A stretch of DNA of 64,000 nt from an uncultured beta proteobacterium (GTDB taxonomy: Bacteria > Pseudomonadota > Gammaproteobacteria > Burkholderiales > SG8-41): positions 3,479-67,478 of the forward strand of contig CAISJL010000117.1 in the NCBI GenBank assembly GCA_903885665.1, in the 5' to 3' direction. Both the position numbers and the translations under genes were made by a program. The notes under the pieces are model-generated. The model had not been told where the DNA came from and did no database searches. It saw nothing but the letters and a program-made list of their open reading frames with translations. Positions 16,542 through 27,527 of this stretch are shown here, piece after piece (positions within the stretch are counted from its first letter, which is position 1; every line of letters begins with the position of its first letter).

Positions 16542-18651
16542 ACGAGCGTGGGCTAGTTTGCTGGGGATATTGGGTTGTTGGGGTGTGGTGCTGGATGCTA
16601 CCGCCCAAACTGTAGAGTTTGCTGTATTACCCGAAGTCACGGTGACTGGCACCCGCGAGCAATCACAGATTAAACAGTCTGCGGTATCGGTGGGCGTGAT
16701 TGGACAATCGTCCATTGAATTTACCCGTCCCTCACACCCTCAGCAGATTCTTGGCCAGATTCCCGGAGTTGCGATAGGTGTTACGAATGGCGAAGGGCAT
16801 AACACAGCTATTCGCCAAGGGTTCTCAACCAGTCCGGTATATTTATTCCTAGAAGATGGGATACCCATTCGGGCAACAGGCAATTTTAATCATAACGCGC
16901 TCTACGAACTGAATTTACCCAGCGCAGGTGGCGTGGAGGTGATTCGCGGTATTGGTACCGCGCTCTATGGTTCTGATGCGATTGGCGGCACGATCAATGT
17001 GCTGACGAAAACACCGAGCGCGACTGCGCGCGCAGACGGTTCAGTGGAGATCGGGGGGCATGGGTTTGGTCGTGTGCTAGGCGGACTCGATAGCGGTCGC
17101 AGTGCGTTCGATGCCCTACGTGCGGACGTGAATATCACACACACCGATGGCTGGCGCGATCGCACGGCCTACGATAGGCAGAGCTTGAACCTGCGTTGGG
17201 ATCGTGAGATTGACAGCCAGACCTTGTCGAAAACGATTTTAGGGTATACCAAAATTGATCAGCAAACAGGAGCTAACAGTGCCTTGCCCTATGTCGATTA
17301 TATGAACAATCCAACTAAAAACTTACGGGCTGATGCGTATCGCAAAGTGGAGGCGCTACGCCTATCGACCGAGTGGATGCATGATATTGGAAATGGGCAG
17401 ATGGTGACCCTGGTTCCGTATCTGCGTAATAACAAAATGGATTTAAATGGCTCGTACAACTTTAGTGGAGATGCCCGAGTCGAAGTTACTGAAGTCACAT
17501 CGTATGGTTTAATGAGTAAGTATCGTAAAGACTTTAGTGATGCTTGGCGTACGCGAGTCATTGTCGGACTAGATCTCGATTACAGTCCAAGCACACGACT
17601 TGAAAATAAAATTGCGTTGACCACTTCAACCAGTAATGGTGCAACCAATTATGCTTGGACTGGCGCTTTGGGCGCGACAATTTATGACTACTCCACTGTT
17701 TATCAATCGGCGGCACCGTATACCCATCTCGAGGTCTCGCCACTGAGTAAATTAAGGGTCAGTCTGGGAGTGCGTTATGACACTATCCAATATACAAGCA
17801 ACAATAATTTAGCGGCCGGATATGTGACTAGCGGTAGCTATTATTACTATACTCCAGCGAATGCAAGCGCTAGTTTCTCGCGCGCTAGTCCAAAGCTCGG
17901 GGTGACATATGCACTCAGTGCTGCAGATGATGTGCATGCCTCATATCATCAGGGTTTTCGTACGCCCTCAGAGAGTCAGTTATTTAGAGGGGGGCGGGCT
18001 ACTACACAAGCAGAAGCCTTAGCGCTAGCCAATGCTGCAGCAGGGCTTAAGCCAATTACTGCTGACCAATATGAATTAGGTCTGCGTGGCCAGCGTCAGG
18101 CCTGGAATTATGAAGCGGTTGCTTATCAACTGACTAAAAAGAATGATCTGCTCAGTCAAAAAGATAGTACCGGCTACGCCGTACAAACTAATAATGGTGA
18201 AACTACCCATAGAGGCGTTGAGTTGGCCTTGGGCGCGCAATTCATGCCACAGTTTAGGACAGACCTTGCTGCATCCTATGCCAAACACAAATACGCGGAG
18301 TGGGTGACTTCAACGGTGAATTATTCGGGTAAAGAGATAGAGAGCGCGCCGCGTGTGTTGGGGAATCTACGTTTGAGCTGGAAGGCCGCATCAACAGCAA
18401 TGGTGCAGCTTGAAATGGTCAAAGTGGGCGCTTATTTTATGGATCAACTCAATACCCAACGCTATAACGGCTATGCACTCTACAACCTACGGTCGACTGT
18501 GCAGTTGACTCGGGATCTGAGTATGAGTGCGCAGTTATTGAATCTGACTAATCAGCGCTACGCCGATAGCGCATCTGGCACGGGCACTGCCGCATTGTAT
18601 GCGCCGGGCTTGCCACGTACCGCCTATGTTGGTCTGAATATGCGCTATTAA
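16519..18651 (+). CDS. TonB-dependent outer membrane receptor (putative copper-related)
   Basis: PEVTVTG TonB box, plug motif VEVIRGIGTALYGSDAIGGTIN, C-terminal NLTNQRY ... PGLPRTAYVGLNMRY. GGAG before ATG 16519. Confidence 0.88.
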   Translation: MGNITIIKRAWASLLGILGCWGVVLDATAQTVEFAVLPEVTVTGTREQSQIKQSAVSVGVIGQSSIEFTRPSHPQQILGQIPGVAIGVTNGEGHNTAIRQGFSTSPVYLFLEDGIPIRATGNFNHNALYELNLPSAGGVEVIRGIGTALYGSDAIGGTINVLTKTPSATARADGSVEIGGHGFGRVLGGLDSGRSAFDALRADVNITHTDGWRDRTAYDRQSLNLRWDREIDSQTLSKTILGYTKIDQQTGANSALPYVDYMNNPTKNLRADAYRKVEALRLSTEWMHDIGNGQMVTLVPYLRNNKMDLNGSYNFSGDARVEVTEVTSYGLMSKYRKDFSDAWRTRVIVGLDLDYSPSTRLENKIALTTSTSNGATNYAWTGALGATIYDYSTVYQSAAPYTHLEVSPLSKLRVSLGVRYDTIQYTSNNNLAAGYVTSGSYYYYTPANASASFSRASPKLGVTYALSAADDVHASYHQGFRTPSESQLFRGGRATTQAEALALANAAAGLKPITADQYELGLRGQRQAWNYEAVAYQLTKKNDLLSQKDSTGYAVQTNNGETTHRGVELALGAQFMPQFRTDLAASYAKHKYAEWVTSTVNYSGKEIESAPRVLGNLRLSWKAASTAMVQLEMVKVGAYFMDQLNTQRYNGYALYNLRSTVQLTRDLSMSAQLLNLTNQRYADSASGTGTAALYAPGLPRTAYVGLNMRY

Positions 18652-18689
18652 CCACCAGCAACATCTTTGAGATATGCAGAGAGGTAAAA

Positions 18690-19991
18690 TTGATGAAGCA
18701 GCAACAACTTGATGGATTACGCTACTGGTCTATAAGGTCATGGTCGGTAGTGCTGCGTGTGCTATGGCTATGGGTGGGCGCAGCGATAGCAACAGTCACA
18801 GCGATGCTAGTCAGCACCCCCGTAATGGCTGCGCAATCTGGGGATTTGACCGCACATCAAACGCATGCTGGCAGTAGTGGTCACGCCATGCGGGCGCGTC
18901 CTCAGCTCGCGATTAGCGCCGCGTTTGATCCGCAGGGTAGGCTGTGGGTGGTGGGTGTAAATACGCAAGGACAACTGACCTTGCGCCAAGCACCAGCAAC
19001 TGATCCCCACGCGTTGAGCGCGCCACGTGTCATTGCGAATGGTGACGATGTCATTGCAGCCGAAGGTGAGAGTCGACCCAAGATTGCCTTTGGTCCGAAT
19101 CAATGGGTAGTGATCAGCTACACGCGACCATTGGCTAAGCCCTACACGGGTGAGATTCGTATGCTGCATTCGAGCGATGGTGGACAACAGTTCTCAGCCC
19201 CATTGACAGTACATCAAGATCGGCAAGTGATAACCCATCGCTTTGAAAGTATCGCTTTTGATCGTGCTGGCACTTTGCATACGCTGTGGATTGACAAGCG
19301 TGATGCCGAGCAGCTACCCACACAACACGGCGTGAGCAAAGGCTATGTGGGTGCTGCGGTGTATCGCAACACCTCGGTCGATGGGGGGCGCACGTTTAGC
19401 ACTGATCGTAAAGTGGCTGATCATAGTTGTGAGTGTTGCCGAATCGCGCTAGCAGAAGATCCACAAGGCGAGATGGTAGCAGTATGGCGGCAGATATTTG
19501 CACCACAAGAGCGTGATCATGGTTTCGTGCGCCTCACGCCCCATAGTGCTCCTGTCGTGCGCGCCACCGAGGATCACTGGGCGCTCGATGTTTGTCCGCA
19601 TCACGGCCCAGCGCTAGCGCTACAAGCTGCAGGTGGGTATCACTTAGTCTGGTTTGCCGAACGTGCCGGCGTGGGCCGTGTACGATATGGGCGGTTAACT
19701 GCAGAGGGCAGGCCTAGCAGCAAGCCGATCGCCATACCAGATTCGGGTGCTGAACACGCAGATATTCAAAGTGCTGGGGATTCGGTAGTAATTTCATGGC
19801 GTAGCTTCGATGGTCAAAAAACGCTGTGGCAAGTCTGGGAGTCTAATGATGGTGGCAGGCAATTTACAGCGCGTACTCTAGGTAAGGCTACCGGGGATAA
19901 TGACTATCCCTTGTTACTAAAACGAGGGGCAACTATTTTTGGTGTATGGCAAACCAATACGGGGATACGTGTTGAACAAATTACACAATAG
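18690..19991 (+). CDS. Exported BNR/Asp-box (sialidase-fold) beta-propeller protein with Cys/His motifs
   Basis: Three Asp boxes (SSDGGQQF, SVDGGRTF, SNDGGRQF), DHSCECCR, DVCPHHGP, His-rich N-terminal segment. Confidence 0.78.
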   Translation: MMKQQQLDGLRYWSIRSWSVVLRVLWLWVGAAIATVTAMLVSTPVMAAQSGDLTAHQTHAGSSGHAMRARPQLAISAAFDPQGRLWVVGVNTQGQLTLRQAPATDPHALSAPRVIANGDDVIAAEGESRPKIAFGPNQWVVISYTRPLAKPYTGEIRMLHSSDGGQQFSAPLTVHQDRQVITHRFESIAFDRAGTLHTLWIDKRDAEQLPTQHGVSKGYVGAAVYRNTSVDGGRTFSTDRKVADHSCECCRIALAEDPQGEMVAVWRQIFAPQERDHGFVRLTPHSAPVVRATEDHWALDVCPHHGPALALQAAGGYHLVWFAERAGVGRVRYGRLTAEGRPSSKPIAIPDSGAEHADIQSAGDSVVISWRSFDGQKTLWQVWESNDGGRQFTARTLGKATGDNDYPLLLKRGATIFGVWQTNTGIRVEQITQ

Positions 19992-20025
19992 TGCAGTATC
20001 GAATCAATGGTTCGCCAAAGCGACA

Positions 20026-20544
20026 ATGAGGGTAATACACCTGCTGCACCAGCAGGTGATCCAGGTGAATAAGGTATTAGCGATAGTGTTGATGATTGGC
20101 AGCTCGAGCTTGCTGTGGGCGCGCCCCGCATTGACAGTTGAACGGTTTGATCGAAACACATGGCAGCGCCTGACACAACAAATCACAACGCCAACAGTCG
20201 TGGTATTTTCAGCGACCTATTGCACTCATTGTCCTGCAGTGATTGCTCAGCTTGCACGTAGTCGTGGTCAATGGTCCAGCAAGCAAGCCTATCAACTGAT
20301 AGTCGTGGTGATGGATGGTGATTTACATCAGCCGATCAATACTACTGCAACATATCGTGAGGTGGATCGCTGGATGGTGTTTGATGGTGCGGAACAAGCA
20401 TTGCGCTTTGGGGTTAATCGCGAGTGGCGTGGTCTAACGCCATATGTGGCTTTACTCGCACCGCGTCGTCCCCCACAATTTGTCACAGGCGCGCCAAGCG
20501 CAGAACAGTTACGACAAGCGTTGTATTCAGCACCTAGCGAATAA
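20026..20544 (+). CDS. Exported thioredoxin-fold (TlpA-like) CxxC protein
   Basis: Hydrophobic signal, VVVFSATYCTHCP, GLTPYVALL. Start uncertain (20026 ATG or 20065 GTG). Confidence 0.68.
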   Translation: MRVIHLLHQQVIQVNKVLAIVLMIGSSSLLWARPALTVERFDRNTWQRLTQQITTPTVVVFSATYCTHCPAVIAQLARSRGQWSSKQAYQLIVVVMDGDLHQPINTTATYREVDRWMVFDGAEQALRFGVNREWRGLTPYVALLAPRRPPQFVTGAPSAEQLRQALYSAPSE

Positions 20545-21523
20545 CCACGATGGCTTTAGCGCCGCTGAGTGGCGTGATGCGTTGCGCCTGCTGTGTGGCC
20601 TCGTTTGCAGTAGCGTAGGGGCCCGCTTGCACCCGAAACAGACCGTCACTGGGATTGACATAGATGCTCAAGCGTGGCGTGTCGTTTTGTGATTGCAACC
20701 GACTCAAAAACGCTTCGGCATTATCGCGCGCACCAAACGCGCCGAGTTGTAAATAGTAAAGGCTGCTTGAGGCAACACTTACACTGGCAGTGCTGATGTT
20801 TGTGTTATCGACTGGGTTGCTGGGACTAGAGTTTAGACTGGTGGTGTTCGATGGTGGGCTAGAAGGAACCGCTGTGGTGTATTGTTGCGACCCTGGCAAT
20901 ATGCTCTCAACTTCAACCAGTCCACTACCGCTACTGGCGATGCCTAATTTATGGGCAGCGACATAGGATAAGTCGATAATCCGATTGTCAATAAACGGAC
21001 CGCGATCATTGATGCGTACAATCACAGACTTACCGTTGCTGATATGGGTCACTTTGGCATAGCTGGGGATCGGCAGTATGGGGTGGGCTGCCGTCATAGC
21101 ATACATGTCATAGCGTTCACCGGAAGCGGTAGGCTTGCCGTCGTAGCGGCGACCATACCAAGACGCAATGCCGCGCGTCCGATAGGGTGAGAGTTGGGTC
21201 ATTGGGGTGAAACTCTGACCCATCACTACATAAGGTTTTTGAGTGCCCCGATGCAAGGGTTCAAGGCGTGGTGTGGCATCAGGAATACTGTCAAGATTAG
21301 TCGGCGGATTGGCGCCTGGACCATCGTTTAGATAATAGCCGCCGCCTTGAGTTGGCGGCGCTTTGGAGCCTACTGTTTTAGCAGACTGAACAACCACTTT
21401 AGGCGCACTGCCACAGGCTGAGAGTAAGCAGATCAAGATAAGCAACAGTAGCGCTAGCGGTAACTGACGGCTCACAGGCAGTCCTGGTCGCAGAGTTGAA
21501 GTCAAAAAAGCATCGTAGCGCAT
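20534..21523 (-). CDS. rlpA: Septal ring lytic transglycosylase RlpA
   Basis: Lipobox LSAC, GIASWYG, YDMYAMTAAHP, VRINDRGPF, RIIDLSY, C-terminal SPOR domain (YLQLGAF). Confidence 0.94.
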   Translation of the reverse strand: MRYDAFLTSTLRPGLPVSRQLPLALLLLILICLLSACGSAPKVVVQSAKTVGSKAPPTQGGGYYLNDGPGANPPTNLDSIPDATPRLEPLHRGTQKPYVVMGQSFTPMTQLSPYRTRGIASWYGRRYDGKPTASGERYDMYAMTAAHPILPIPSYAKVTHISNGKSVIVRINDRGPFIDNRIIDLSYVAAHKLGIASSGSGLVEVESILPGSQQYTTAVPSSPPSNTTSLNSSPSNPVDNTNISTASVSVASSSLYYLQLGAFGARDNAEAFLSRLQSQNDTPRLSIYVNPSDGLFRVQAGPYATANEATQQAQRITPLSGAKAIVVIR

Positions 21524-21544
21524 CGTTAGAGTAATGAGAGAAGA

Positions 21545-22651
21545 TTAATAGTTGGGTAGACGTTTGTGTGAATGAATACTCATTAAAATCCCGAAACCTA
21601 AACAAATCGATACTAAAGAAGTACCACCATAGCTAATCAGCGGCAAGGGCACACCCACTACAGGGAGTATGCCAGAGACCATGCCCATGTTTACGAATAC
21701 ATAAGTGAAAAAAGTCATAGTAATCGCACCTGCAATTAGGCGATTAAATAAAGTGGTGGCCTCAGAGGTAATGACTAGCGCGCGCGCAATCAAAAATAAG
21801 AATAAGGTAATCAGTATCAGATTGACAAACAAACCAAACTCTTCTGCAAATACTGCAAATATAAAATCAGTGGTTCTCTCGGGAATAAAATCAAGATGGG
21901 TTTGGGTGCCATTCATCCAACCTTTACCCAGGATACCGCCAGAGCCCACGGCAATGGTCGATTGAATGGTATGGTAGCCGGAACCGAGTGGATCTTCTGA
22001 GGGATCTAACAAGGTGAGTATGCGTTGTTGTTGGTAATTGTGCATCTTAGACCACAAAAACGGTAGGCTGGCCACACCGCTAATAGCCAAGCCAGCGATG
22101 ATGCGCCAAGACAATCCCGCAAGAAAGATCACATAGCAACCGCTAGCCATAATCAACAGGGCTGTGCCTAAATCGGGTTGGCGGGCAATGAGTAATACCG
22201 GGAATAATAAAATGAGGGCTGCAGTAATGTAATTGCGGGTATTGAGAGAGGCCTCGTGGCGATTGAAATACCAAGCCAGCATTAATGGCAAGGCAATTTT
22301 CATCAACTCAGAGGGCTGAATTCGAGTCACCCCGAGATGCAACCAACGACGCGCACCATTGACCACGTCACCAGCAACAGCCACACCCAATAGCAGGCCA
22401 CAAGCGATCATAAACAAGGGCAAGGCCAGGCGCATTAAATAATGGGGCGGGATGTTGGCGAAGCCCCACATCACCGCAAATGCCACAGTCATATTCAGTA
22501 ATTGACTCAATACCCGCATATAGTTGCCATTAGAAGCGCTAGTGAGAACGATAAGTCCGGTCGCCATCAACATGATTAAACCTATAATCAAACCGCGGTC
22601 TAAATGCCGAGCTAAGTATTGGAGGATGCGTTGAAATAGTGGTGGACTCAT
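21545..22651 (-). CDS. rodA: Rod shape-determining protein RodA
   Basis: GARRWL, IQPSELMK, QPDLGT, PERTTDFIF, LPLISYGGTS. Confidence 0.96.
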   Translation of the reverse strand: MSPPLFQRILQYLARHLDRGLIIGLIMLMATGLIVLTSASNGNYMRVLSQLLNMTVAFAVMWGFANIPPHYLMRLALPLFMIACGLLLGVAVAGDVVNGARRWLHLGVTRIQPSELMKIALPLMLAWYFNRHEASLNTRNYITAALILLFPVLLIARQPDLGTALLIMASGCYVIFLAGLSWRIIAGLAISGVASLPFLWSKMHNYQQQRILTLLDPSEDPLGSGYHTIQSTIAVGSGGILGKGWMNGTQTHLDFIPERTTDFIFAVFAEEFGLFVNLILITLFLFLIARALVITSEATTLFNRLIAGAITMTFFTYVFVNMGMVSGILPVVGVPLPLISYGGTSLVSICLGFGILMSIHSHKRLPNY

Positions 22652-24531
22652 TCGTCAGTAGCCGGTTGTTTAGGTAACTTGCCGAGTAAATAATAATCGA
22701 GTACCAGACGCGCGATAGGGGCCGCTGCGCGTGCACCAAAGCCGGCATTCTCGACAATGACTGCCAGTGCGATTTTGGGTTTCTCAGTGGGAGCATAAGC
22801 AATAAACAAGGCATGATCACGATGACGCTCTGCGACCTGACTTTCGATATATTTTGAATCTTGCTTAATCGCGATCACTTGCGCTGTGCCAGTTTTGCCG
22901 GCGCTGCTATAAGGCGCATCGATAAAAGCGCGCGATCCAGTGCCTTCTTTGTTTACCGCAATCATCGCCTGTTTTACCGCTTCTAGATGTTCAGGCTTGA
23001 GTTGCAGATCGCGTGTCGGTGAAGGCTCAATCACCGTCTTTGCTTTTGTTTGTATGTTCTCGACATGATTGACAATGTGCGGTTTAAAGGCAATCCCATT
23101 ATTTGCTAGCGTGGCCGTGGCAACAGCGAGTTGTAATGGTGTGTAACTGTTATAGCCCTGACCGATACCGACACTGATGGTCTCGCCGGGAAACCATTTT
23201 TGTTTAAAGCGACGCTGCTTCCATTCGCTAGAAGGCAGAATACCCGAGGCCTCGCCTTTGAGATCAATACCAGTCTTGCTGCCAAAACCAAACAGCGTCA
23301 TAAAGTTTGCAATGGCATCAATGCCGAGGTCATTGGCCAGCATGTAGTAATAAGTATCGCAAGATACAACGAGTGACTGAAATAGATTCACAGCGCCGTG
23401 GCCACCTTCCTTGTCATCACGGAAGCGATGGCCACCAAACATAAAGTATCCAGGATCACTAATCGCTTGCTGGGGTGTACGTTTGCCGTAAAACAGTCCA
23501 GCTAGGGCCATGAAGGGTTTAAACGTTGAGCCTGGTGGATAAGTGCCTGCGAGCGCACGGTTTAGCAATGGTTTATTGATAGAAGTGTTGAGCTCTGTCC
23601 AACTTTGCGGATCGATATTGTCGACAAATAAATTGGGATCGAAGCCTGGCTTGCTGACAAAAGCCAGTACGCCGCCGGTGGCAGGGTCAATTGCAACCAG
23701 TGCGCCGCGACGATCACCAAAGGCATTGTAGGCTACTTCTTGTAAGCGGGCATCGAGGTGAAGTGTGAGATTGTTGCCAGAAATGGGTGCGCTGCGCGAA
23801 AGCGTGCGAACGGCGCGTCCACCAGAGTCGACTTCAACTTCTTCAACGCCAGTCGTACCGTGTAAATACTGTTCATAACTTTGCTCTAGTCCTGCTTTGC
23901 CAATGTAATCACTGCCACGGTAGTTGGCGAGACGTCCATCGTCGGATAGTTGCTCGATCTCGCGGGTATTGATTCGACCGATATGACCGATGACATGAGA
24001 GAACATATCGCCTTGCGGATATTGTCGAAACAGCCGTGCCTTGGCTTCAACTCCAGGCAGTCGATAACGATTTGCTGCAAAGCGAGCAATTTCGTCATCA
24101 GTGAGCCGGTTGCGAATCGGTAGGCTCTCGAACCGTTTGCTCTCGCCTAATAATTTTTTAAAGCGGCGGCGATCGCGCGGCGTAATTTCAACAATGGCGG
24201 CTAATGCATTGATAGTACTTTCTAAATCTTCAACTTTGTTGGGCGTGATCTCTAGGGTATAGGCGGAATAATTATGCGCCAGCATAATGCCGTTGCGATC
24301 AACAATCACACCGCGGTGCGGGGCGATAGGCAATACCGAGATGCGATTTGATTCAGCGAGTGTGGTGTAATGTTCCTTTTGGAAGATTTGTAAATAAATA
24401 AAGCGAATGATGAGCAGGCAAAACAGCGAGAGTATAAAAATGCTTAATATGCCTAGACGATATCGAAAGCGCTGTAGCTCTTGCTCAGCGTCCCGAATTT
24501 CAACCCCAGCGTTGATGAATTGCTTAGGCAC
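22648..24531 (-). CDS. mrdA: Penicillin-binding protein 2
   Basis: PHRGVIVDRNG, YPPGSTFKP (SxxK), SCD, KTGTAQ. Confidence 0.96.
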   Translation of the reverse strand: MPKQFINAGVEIRDAEQELQRFRYRLGILSIFILSLFCLLIIRFIYLQIFQKEHYTTLAESNRISVLPIAPHRGVIVDRNGIMLAHNYSAYTLEITPNKVEDLESTINALAAIVEITPRDRRRFKKLLGESKRFESLPIRNRLTDDEIARFAANRYRLPGVEAKARLFRQYPQGDMFSHVIGHIGRINTREIEQLSDDGRLANYRGSDYIGKAGLEQSYEQYLHGTTGVEEVEVDSGGRAVRTLSRSAPISGNNLTLHLDARLQEVAYNAFGDRRGALVAIDPATGGVLAFVSKPGFDPNLFVDNIDPQSWTELNTSINKPLLNRALAGTYPPGSTFKPFMALAGLFYGKRTPQQAISDPGYFMFGGHRFRDDKEGGHGAVNLFQSLVVSCDTYYYMLANDLGIDAIANFMTLFGFGSKTGIDLKGEASGILPSSEWKQRRFKQKWFPGETISVGIGQGYNSYTPLQLAVATATLANNGIAFKPHIVNHVENIQTKAKTVIEPSPTRDLQLKPEHLEAVKQAMIAVNKEGTGSRAFIDAPYSSAGKTGTAQVIAIKQDSKYIESQVAERHRDHALFIAYAPTEKPKIALAVIVENAGFGARAAAPIARLVLDYYLLGKLPKQPATDE

Positions 24532-25048
24532 GGCTTGGGTCTGAGCGTGGACGCTGTGGTATTTTGAGAATAAAGCCGATCACTGGCCATAAGGCAACGC
24601 CAACTAAGGTGCTTAAAAAATAGCTATAGCCAGGGTAAGAGGCGTCTGCGAGCGCGCGTACCAATAGCACTACGCAATTAGTGAGCAGTAGTAGGGGTGC
24701 GATATGTAGCAACTGTGCTGGTATTTGAAAGTTTTGAATGCGCCGATGTACGGCGATACCCGCATAGACCAGAATCACATAGGCCAAGGCGTGTTGTCCG
24801 AATAAACTGCCGTTGGCAATGTCCATCATCAAGCCTAAGCACCAAGCTAATATAAAACTCATTTTGCGTGGTGCTTCAATGCTCCAATACAACACCAGGA
24901 GTGCAACAAAATCAGGTAACAACCAATTGATCCAATTGGGCCAAGGCATTAAGTTTAAGGTCAGTGCTATGAATAGGGTGAGCAAGATAAAACCAGATTT
25001 AGCAGGTAATAATAGCTCTTGTGGGGCCATGGTTTGGGATGAAATCAT
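24524..25048 (-). CDS. mreD: Rod shape-determining protein MreD
   Basis: PDFVALLVLYW, GLMMDIANGSLFGQHAL; operon position. Confidence 0.93.
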   Translation of the reverse strand: MISSQTMAPQELLLPAKSGFILLTLFIALTLNLMPWPNWINWLLPDFVALLVLYWSIEAPRKMSFILAWCLGLMMDIANGSLFGQHALAYVILVYAGIAVHRRIQNFQIPAQLLHIAPLLLLTNCVVLLVRALADASYPGYSYFLSTLVGVALWPVIGFILKIPQRPRSDPSRA

Positions 25049-25941
25049 GCGCCGCCCTTTTTCTTTTTCGGATTGCTAGGTGTTGGAGTTGTGGGTCGCT
25101 CAGGAACGCTAGGTAGAGGACCCAATACCAAAACCTGAATATCAGTGTTGACCCCTGCTAAGGGTTTGCAGTCAACCGTGGCAAAGAGAGCGGCGCTATT
25201 GCGCTCGACATTCATCACTTCGGCCACTGGTATACCTTGTGGATAAATACCATCGATACCCGAGGTCACCAGTCGATCGCCTTTTTGAAAGTCACTCGCC
25301 AGTGGCACAAAGCGCAGTTCAAGCCGACTATCATCCCCGGTGCCTGCAATCACTGCCCGCGCCCCGGTACGGACATTGAGTACCGGCACGAGGTGACCTT
25401 TATCCGTGATCAGCGTGACCTCTGATAACCACGGGTAGGTTTGGCTGATCTGACCGATGACGCCTAAATGATCCACCACGGGTCGGCCTGCAACAATATC
25501 TTGTTGCAGGCCTTTGTCGATCATGACTTTGCGCGAAAACGGGTCGCGCGCTGCGTAGAGGATTTCTGCAACAACAGACGGGATAGGAGACTTTTCTCGC
25601 GCGTCCACTAAAGCCCGTAGATGCACATTTTCGATGCGTAGTGCTTCAGCTTCTTGTGCGGCATTGGCGAGAATCAGATTCTGTGCGCTGAGATATAAAT
25701 TATTTTTGCGCAGTGAGGTCTGCGAAATAAACAAATCGCTAAAGTAAGTCCAAACTTGCTTGGGTGTAGTGGCGAGCTGTTGCAACGGATAGACCGCAAC
25801 GCTACTGACTTGGCGTATCAGACTTAAATAATTAAAGCGAGCGTCTGCAACCAGTAGCGCAATCGATAGCGTGACAAAAATGATCAAGCGCGTGAGCGCA
25901 GAAGGCCCAGTGCGAAACAGTGGTGGTGGCGTGCGCTCCAT
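25045..25941 (-). CDS. mreC: Rod shape-determining protein MreC
   Basis: ENVHLRAL, IDKG, GVIGQI, LVTSGIDGIYPQGIPVA. Confidence 0.94.
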   Translation of the reverse strand: MERTPPPLFRTGPSALTRLIIFVTLSIALLVADARFNYLSLIRQVSSVAVYPLQQLATTPKQVWTYFSDLFISQTSLRKNNLYLSAQNLILANAAQEAEALRIENVHLRALVDAREKSPIPSVVAEILYAARDPFSRKVMIDKGLQQDIVAGRPVVDHLGVIGQISQTYPWLSEVTLITDKGHLVPVLNVRTGARAVIAGTGDDSRLELRFVPLASDFQKGDRLVTSGIDGIYPQGIPVAEVMNVERNSAALFATVDCKPLAGVNTDIQVLVLGPLPSVPERPTTPTPSNPKKKKGGA

Positions 25942-25987
25942 AGGGCATTACGGCAATTAGCCGCAGGCAAGCGGATCGAAAATGGGA

Positions 25988-27049
<1,062 letters not shown>

Positions 27050-27161
27050 TTAATTCGAATAGGGTTTGTGAGTCGGGATTTTGCCCAATTGTGATGTGAA
27101 GGGGCGTGCCCTTATGATACCCTATCCAGTCCTTGTTTTTAACGGTTTTTGTCGCTCCATT

Positions 27162-27449
27162 ATGGCTTTAACTCTAGATGATGTTCGCCGTGCCGCCCAT
27201 TTGGCGCGAATTGCAGTCAGTGATACCGAGGCTAGCGCCGCGTTGGCTCAATTGACCCAGGTGTTTGGGATGATTGAGCAAATGCAGGCGGTGGACGTGT
27301 CGAATATTGCCCCAATGTCGCATGCCCAAGATTTGGTCTTGCGCTTGCGCCAGGATGTGGTGACAGAAACCGATCAACGTCAGGCCAATCAAGCCGTTGC
27401 CCCCGAGGTCGAACATGGTCTTTATTTGGTGCCTAAGGTGATTGAGTGA
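27162..27449 (+). CDS. gatC: Asp/Glu-tRNA amidotransferase subunit C
   Basis: [27 protein letters not shown]. Start moved to MALTL. Confidence 0.93.
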   Translation: MALTLDDVRRAAHLARIAVSDTEASAALAQLTQVFGMIEQMQAVDVSNIAPMSHAQDLVLRLRQDVVTETDQRQANQAVAPEVEHGLYLVPKVIE

Positions 27450-27527
27450 TCTCACCAAGACTCCCGGCATTACGCCTACGTCAATCTTTCTCGACGGTAA
27501 CTGCCCTAGCGTGTTTACTGAACTAAT

